DNA of 64,000 nucleotides from NCBI GenBank assembly GCA_017937305.1, contig JAGBDV010000013.1, positions 4,983 through 68,982 on the forward strand, given 5' to 3'. Origin of the DNA: Bacilli bacterium (GTDB taxonomy: Bacteria; Bacillota_I; Bacilli_A; ML615J-28; CAG-313). The notes beneath the pieces are model-generated. The model ran no database searches, was not told where the DNA came from, and saw only the letters and a list, made by a program, of their open reading frames with translations. This document shows, piece after piece, positions 59,022 to 64,000 of this stretch. The translations under genes were made by a program, and so were the position numbers. Within the stretch, counting starts at the first letter, position 1, and every line of letters begins with the position of its first letter.

Positions 59022-60315
59022 AAATTTCCTCCATTTCTCCATAAATTTTGTCGTTTTCGTAAGAAGTAATTCTCACCTTTATAATCTTATTTTCAAGATT
59101 TTCATTACTCTCAAAATATACATCTAAATAATTGCTTGTATGTCCATGCCAATACTTGTCCTTAGAAGTTTCAGCTAAGACAAATACACTAGTATTAATG
59201 TAATTATTTATATAATCTTTCTTTAATTCTTTTGCAAGTTCACCAATTTGTTTTGCACGAAGAGTAATAACTTTTTTACTTAAATGACCATCTAATTGGT
59301 CCGCTTTTGTTCCACTTCTTCTAGAATATGGGAATACATGCATTTCATAAAACTTCATTCTTTTAATAAATGCTAATGTTTCATTAAATTCATCTATTGT
59401 TTCACCAACAAAACCAGCTAGAATATCAGTAGTTAATGCAATATCAGGAAATATATCTCTAATATCCTTGATTCTATTTTCATACTGAACTAAAGTATAT
59501 TTTCTATTCATTCTTTCTAGTACAGTTTGAGAACCACCTTGACAAGGAATATGAAGATGATTTGCAACACGAGATGAATATTTATTAAGAACATCTAATA
59601 ATTCATCAGTTATTTCCATAAGTTCAATAGAAGAAAGTCTAAGACGATAAAGATTAGTCTCATTCATGATTCTTTCTATTAAAAGAGCTAAATTAATATT
59701 ACCTAAATCTTTACCATAAGTACCAGTATTTATCCCCGCAAGAATTACTTCTTTTGTTCCTTGGCTTACAAGATTATTAATTTCATCTATTACATTATCA
59801 GGTTTTCTACTTCTAATTTTACCTCTAGAATAAGGGATAGCACAATAACTACAATAGTTTTCACATCCATCTTGAATTTTAATAAAAGCTCTTGTATGTG
59901 TATTCAAAGTACTAACTTTCATCTCTTCATATAAAGGATTATTTAGCACATCAGTAAGTTTAATGATTTGTTTTTTTGTATTTAAATAACTTTCAATTAA
60001 TTCAACAACATCTAGTTTATTATTAGTACCTATTACAATATCTGCATCTTTACTTGCTGCAATGCTATTTAGTTGTGAATAACACCCCATAACAACTACT
60101 ACTGCATCACTATTACGTCTTCTTGCAGCATGCAACATTTGACGAGATTTTTGATCAGACGTACTAGTAACAGTACAAGAATTTACTATGTAAATATCAC
60201 ATACTTCATTAAAGTTTTTTAATTCGTATCCTTTATCAATCAGTTTATTAATTAAAGCTTCACTTTCATAACTATTTACTTTGCATCCAAGAGTTAAAAC
60301 ACTAAATGAAATCAT
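59014..60315 (-). CDS. mtaB: tRNA (N6-threonylcarbamoyladenosine37-C2)-methylthiotransferase
   Basis: UPF0004 N-domain cysteines, radical-SAM CENYCSYC, TRAM C-terminus. ATGA overlap with rsmE. Confidence 0.9.
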   Translation of the reverse strand: MISFSVLTLGCKVNSYESEALINKLIDKGYELKNFNEVCDIYIVNSCTVTSTSDQKSRQMLHAARRRNSDAVVVVMGCYSQLNSIAASKDADIVIGTNNKLDVVELIESYLNTKKQIIKLTDVLNNPLYEEMKVSTLNTHTRAFIKIQDGCENYCSYCAIPYSRGKIRSRKPDNVIDEINNLVSQGTKEVILAGINTGTYGKDLGNINLALLIERIMNETNLYRLRLSSIELMEITDELLDVLNKYSSRVANHLHIPCQGGSQTVLERMNRKYTLVQYENRIKDIRDIFPDIALTTDILAGFVGETIDEFNETLAFIKRMKFYEMHVFPYSRRSGTKADQLDGHLSKKVITLRAKQIGELAKELKKDYINNYINTSVFVLAETSKDKYWHGHTSNYLDVYFESNENLENKIIKVRITSYENDKIYGEMEEIYE

Positions 60316-61049
60316 TCTTTAGCCTCCCATTCATAACTAAGAGCACTCATTACATAAAGAGGTGCTACTTGAGTTCTTAATATACGAGGGCCTAAACTAA
60401 TAGGTAAGAAATTATTTTTCTTTAAATCTTCTACTTCTTTATCACTAATACCACCTTCAGGTCCAACTAAAACTAAAATATTTGTATATGTCTTATTTCT
60501 TAATAATTGTTTTAGTGAGTCATCTTTAGGTGATGCTTCATAAGCATATAAACATAAGTCATAATCTTTTGCACTACTTAAAAAGTTTTTCCATGTAGTT
60601 ACATTTTTTACTTCCATAATCTTTAAACGATGACTTTGTTCAGCAGCTTCTTTAGCTATTTTAGCATATCTTGCATTTTTCTTTTCCATTTGTTCAAGAT
60701 TTACTTTAACAATAGATCTACTCATTACAACAGGAATATAAGATGATGCTCCTAGTTCAGTAATGTAATCAATTACTTCTTCCATCTTTTCACGTCTTAC
60801 TAATCCTTGTGCAATAGTAACACTAAATGGTAATTCTTTTTCTTCATGTAATTCTTCAACGATTTCTAATGTCACTAATTCTTTTTTAATTTCTATAATA
60901 TTTGCAACAAAAGATCTTTCCTGATCACTTACATAAACCTTATCACCTGGTTTCATTCTCATAACAAGACCAATGTGATGACAGTCATCACCAGTTATGT
61001 AAATATATGGATTTTTAATAGCATCTTTTTCTACAAAATAACGTTGCAT
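60312..61049 (-). CDS. rsmE: 16S rRNA (uracil1498-N3)-methyltransferase
   Basis: MQRYFV...; PUA-like N-terminus and SPOUT C-terminus (VGPEGGIS...LGPRILRTQVA). Confidence 0.9.
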   Translation of the reverse strand: MQRYFVEKDAIKNPYIYITGDDCHHIGLVMRMKPGDKVYVSDQERSFVANIIEIKKELVTLEIVEELHEEKELPFSVTIAQGLVRREKMEEVIDYITELGASSYIPVVMSRSIVKVNLEQMEKKNARYAKIAKEAAEQSHRLKIMEVKNVTTWKNFLSSAKDYDLCLYAYEASPKDDSLKQLLRNKTYTNILVLVGPEGGISDKEVEDLKKNNFLPISLGPRILRTQVAPLYVMSALSYEWEAKE

Positions 61050-61081
61050 AAAAACTCCTAAATAATACTTTTACCAAATTT

Positions 61082-61110
61082 ATTATAACAAAAACTATTG
61101 ATTTTTGCAA
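61082..61110 (-). promoter_or_regulatory. putative sigma-A promoter TTGCAA-17-TATAAT for rsmE-mtaB-cshB-nfo
   Basis: On the minus strand, TTGCAA at 61110..61105 and TATAAT at 61087..61082. Confidence 0.55.
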
Positions 61111-61130
61111 GTAAAACCTAACATTATTTA

Positions 61131-61160
61131 AAAATAAAAACCTAACTTAAAGTTAGGTTA
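61131..61160 (-). terminator. rho-independent terminator after Big_2 lipoprotein gene
   Basis: aacctaact-taa-agttaggtt, followed on the minus strand by tttatttt. Confidence 0.55.
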
Positions 61161-61173
61161 AACAATCAATAAA

Positions 61174-61503
61174 TTATTCAATATCCTCTACTACTGTAAT
61201 AATAAGCGTAATACTATCTACTTTAGGTTTATCTCTTAAAGAAATAGTAACTTCACACACTCCAGGTTTTAATCCAGTAATTTGTCTATTAACAATTTTT
61301 ACAATTCCACTTTCTGAAATTGAAAAATCATATCTTGGGGCAGTAATATTTTCAATCTTAGGTTCAAATAAATAAGTTTCTCCAACAGCAATCTCAATAT
61401 TAGTTTCTTCTACTTCAAATACTACTTTATTTTGACAACTAGCTAAAATACATAGCATAAATAAACTAGCTATTAGAAAACTCAAAATTTTAAAGGTTTT
61501 CAT
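61174..61503 (-). CDS. small lipoprotein with bacterial Ig-like (Big_2-type) domain
   Basis: Lipobox ILASC. The segment ...VVFEVEETNIEIAVGETYLFEPKI...ITGLKPGVCEVTISL resembles Big_2. Start at the ATG at 61503 (SD GAGGA 5 nt upstream). Confidence 0.6.
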   Translation of the reverse strand: MKTFKILSFLIASLFMLCILASCQNKVVFEVEETNIEIAVGETYLFEPKIENITAPRYDFSISESGIVKIVNRQITGLKPGVCEVTISLRDKPKVDSITLIITVVEDIE

Positions 61504-61618
61504 AATTATCCTCATTAAACTATACTTTTTTTCTATTATAACATATTTAGTTAAAATATGTTATAAAAATATTAATTATTTTTAATTTTTCGACATTTTC
61601 TTTTAATAAATTTAAAAA

Positions 61619-61674
61619 AACTAGTTCTAAAAGTAACCTGTTCGTTAAAAACGGACAGGTTACTTGAACTAGTT
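61619..61674 (-). terminator. long compound hairpin terminator after GH5 gene
   Basis: Outer 9-bp stem aactagttc/gaactagtt and inner 12-bp stem gtaacctgttcg/cggacaggttac (one G-U), flanked by an A-run and a T-run. Confidence 0.6.
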
Positions 61675-61675
61675 T

Positions 61676-63046
61676 TTATTTACTAAATCCAAATTTCTTA
61701 CGAACCCAAGCTTTGTACCATACTCCCCATTCCTTTAATGCTTCATCACTAAAGTCTACTAAGCTCTTTGTCTCTGGTTTTAAGATTGATGCACTACCTT
61801 TACTATTAGATAAATTCCATGCAACATAACTAATATTTCTTTGATCTAAAATACGATACCAGAATTCAATATGTTCATAGTTAATTGCACCATCTCCACT
61901 ACTTTCCATTCCGCCGTGTTCACTAATAAAGACAGGGAATCCTTTATCATATGCAGTTTGAACTTGTCCAGTATTAAAATGGTCTGCAGCATAGAAATGA
62001 TAAGTATACATAATATTTTCATATCCAACTAAAGGTTTTTGCATTACAACATTTAAATTAGCAGTCCAATGAGGATTACCAACTAAAACAATCGCATCAG
62101 TATTTTCTCTAATTTTAGGAATTACTAAATTAGCATAGTTAGTACATGATGCCCAAGTTGTAGCACCATTTGGTTCATTCATAATTTCATATAATACATT
62201 ATTATAATCTTTAAATTCCGCTGATATTCTTGAGAAAAATTCCATTGATTCATTACGATAATACATTGGATTTTTATCATTTACATCATCAGCACCTACC
62301 ATGTGCCAGTCAACAATAACATACATGTCAAGTTCTGTTGCAATTCTAATACCATCAGCTACTAGTTGATAGAAATATTCTTTTTTTGCATCATCAGACT
62401 CACAATAACCACCTTCAGCAGTATACATTGCAAGACGAATAACATTAATACCAAATTCATTATGTAATGCATCTAAAGTTGCATAATTAACATAGTGACC
62501 AAACCATTGTAATCCGTGAGTAGAAATACCTATTAATTGGAACTTTTCTCCATGCTCATCTACTAAGTCAGGTCCATTAACAGATAATTTTCCATGATCT
62601 AGTACACCATTATTAGCATATTTAACAAGTTTTCCTTCTAAGCCACACATGTGACATACTGGAAGTTTTCTACCTAGTTGACGATCTGTTGCTTGAACAA
62701 TAACTTGGTACTTATATTCGTGAACTTCTGTTTTAGGATAAGTAATTGTATAATCATAATCGCAATCAGTACAATATTCTTTGTAGTATCCATCTTCACT
62801 ACAAGTTGCTTCTTTTTCTTCAGTTGCCATATTATGTTTTTTCTTCATTACTGCTATTTCCATGGCTGCACCACATTCATTACACTCCTTTGTAGCAAGA
62901 ACTTCTTCTAGACATTTTGTTCCTTCAGGGAATACCCAAGTTCCTTCTACACATTCATGAGGTGGTTCATCATTTGGCTTTTTTTCTTCACAACCACTTA
63001 TAAATAGTAGCCCTAAACAGATAAATAAAAATAAATACTTTTTCAT
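61676..63046 (-). CDS. glycoside hydrolase family 5 (endoglucanase-like) lipoprotein with N-terminal Cys-rich module
   Basis: Lipobox FISGC. GH5 blocks GISTHGLQWFG, VIRLAMY, YEIMNEPNG (acid/base Glu) and VFISEHGG (nucleophile Glu). aa 20-150 carry 9 Cys including three CxxC pairs. Confidence 0.85.
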   Translation of the reverse strand: MKKYLFLFICLGLLFISGCEEKKPNDEPPHECVEGTWVFPEGTKCLEEVLATKECNECGAAMEIAVMKKKHNMATEEKEATCSEDGYYKEYCTDCDYDYTITYPKTEVHEYKYQVIVQATDRQLGRKLPVCHMCGLEGKLVKYANNGVLDHGKLSVNGPDLVDEHGEKFQLIGISTHGLQWFGHYVNYATLDALHNEFGINVIRLAMYTAEGGYCESDDAKKEYFYQLVADGIRIATELDMYVIVDWHMVGADDVNDKNPMYYRNESMEFFSRISAEFKDYNNVLYEIMNEPNGATTWASCTNYANLVIPKIRENTDAIVLVGNPHWTANLNVVMQKPLVGYENIMYTYHFYAADHFNTGQVQTAYDKGFPVFISEHGGMESSGDGAINYEHIEFWYRILDQRNISYVAWNLSNSKGSASILKPETKSLVDFSDEALKEWGVWYKAWVRKKFGFSK

Positions 63047-63057
63047 CGTTTTTCTCC

Positions 63058-64000
63058 TTATTTTATAATTGTAATAATATTCCCACTTGCAATATGAGAA
63101 AAGCTAGCAGAAATCCTTAAAACTGCATAAGCAGATTGGATTTCATCTATTATTGAAGTCCCAAAATTAAACGCAACATAGAACTGGATAGTAGAATTAT
63201 TGGGGTTAGATAATTCAAAACATTTAATCACTTCCACCAACTCTTCAAAACTTTCGATATAGCAATCATATAAACAATTACTATCGCTAACATTTATTAA
63301 TTTATACGCATCATAATTATTATCACAAATTAACTCTTTAAATTCATGCTCTTGATATTTTTTACTATAAGAATCATTGCTGACTAAAAAGTATTCATAT
63401 GATAAAATTTCAAAGGCTTGATTAATAATCGTTCCATCACTTGTAACATCAACAATATACCATTTACCATCTAAAAAGACTTTATTCCACGCGTGTCCTA
63501 AACCATTTGGATTTTCTACTTGTGATCCAGTAACACTTACGCAAGGAATTCCTTCAAGATTACACATAGCAGAAAATGCTTTACTAATTCCATCACATAC
63601 AGCAAGCTTATCAATAAATACACCTTCTAAATAAAAACCATTATAAGCATTAACATCTTCAACATTTTGATAAGCAAGATTTAATAAATCATTATCATAC
63701 GTAACATTTAAAATAAGATAATCATGAATAGCTTTAATCTTTTCATAATCACTCATCCTATCATCAATAATATTTCTTAATACTTCTTTCATCTTTTCAT
63801 ACACATTAGAAACTACACTTCCACTTTTAACATTTGGAATAATTCCTCTTTCTAATACGTAAACAAGTTGATCAGTATAATCTACATCACAAGTATTTGT
63901 AGTGTTTTTATAAAGTCTAAAATCGTTATAATCACTACTTCTATTACTTACATATGGTTGATAGTTAATACTTATGTATTGCTCATACGCAGGCTCCTCG
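63058..64000 (-). CDS. transglutaminase-like cysteine peptidase-fold protein; N-terminal end outside window
   Basis: Cys-His-Asp core (LAVCDGISKAF...GHAWNKVFLDGKWYIVDVT). My translation shows the frame stays open from the track GTG at 63804 up to position 64000 (...EEPAYEQYISINYQPYVSNRSS...), so the gene is probably 5'-truncated by the window. Confidence 0.75.
   Translation of the reverse strand, partial: EEPAYEQYISINYQPYVSNRSSDYNDFRLYKNTTNTCDVDYTDQLVYVLERGIIPNVKSGSVVSNVYEKMKEVLRNIIDDRMSDYEKIKAIHDYLILNVTYDNDLLNLAYQNVEDVNAYNGFYLEGVFIDKLAVCDGISKAFSAMCNLEGIPCVSVTGSQVENPNGLGHAWNKVFLDGKWYIVDVTSDGTIINQAFEILSYEYFLVSNDSYSKKYQEHEFKELICDNNYDAYKLINVSDSNCLYDCYIESFEELVEVIKCFELSNPNNSTIQFYVAFNFGTSIIDEIQSAYAVLRISASFSHIASGNIITIIK

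Noticed and set aside
1484-62911. About 25 short ORFs (60-136 aa) in the supplied track lie antisense to, or nested inside, long confidently assigned genes. Examples: 1484..1687, 1848..2039, 3959..4141, 4700..4909, 8457..8645, 18240..18440, 24689..24916, 44499..44744, 45778..46017, 47095..47292, 49231..49422, 53182..53382, 55381..55623, 55385..55579, 56016..56207, 56174..56368, 61846..62028 and 62678..62911.
   Set aside because: Each lies wholly within a longer ORF that has clear family motifs. They have low-complexity or implausible composition (Ser/Leu/Phe/Ile-rich mirror translations), no SD, and no independent support. AT-rich genomes readily produce such antisense frames.

Overview
This is a very AT-rich segment (roughly 70% A+T by eye) that reads cleanly in the standard genetic code. 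It looks like core chromosome of a low-GC, endospore-forming Firmicute. Sporulation and germination genes are present: spoVB-like, ylbJ-like, and a gerA-type receptor operon. Several Bacillus-type synteny blocks are recognisable: apt-relA-dtd, rsmD-coaD opposite ylbJ, ylmE(yggS)-sepF-ylmH-ileS, metK-argS, cshB-nfo and rsmE-mtaB. I count about 60 protein genes, mostly on the minus strand, plus one tRNA-Arg(CCG). I found no rRNA, CRISPR array, intact IS or prophage, or recognisable defence island. Two CDSs run off the window edges and are missing or truncated in the ORF track: 1..1078 on the minus strand, and the transglutaminase-like gene 63058..64000 on the minus strand. Many track ORFs start at an upstream GTG, TTG or ATG that lies inside the Shine-Dalgarno (SD) sequence or the promoter, and I give corrected starts where an SD supports them. 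I did not find a convincing multi-gene novel system. The most unusual items, in my order of interest: (1) a lipoprotein at 13064..14848 whose S11 DD-peptidase motifs occur in circularly permuted order; (2) a NadC/QPRTase-like protein with every catalytic motif substituted; (3) a transposase-derived double-HTH protein with a histone-H1-like basic tail, sitting upstream of ispG behind a terminator; (4) an ECF sigma / anti-sigma / vWA-lipoprotein operon; (5) a GH5 lipoprotein with an N-terminal CxxC-rich repeat module. All family assignments come from motif recognition by eye. No database search was run.
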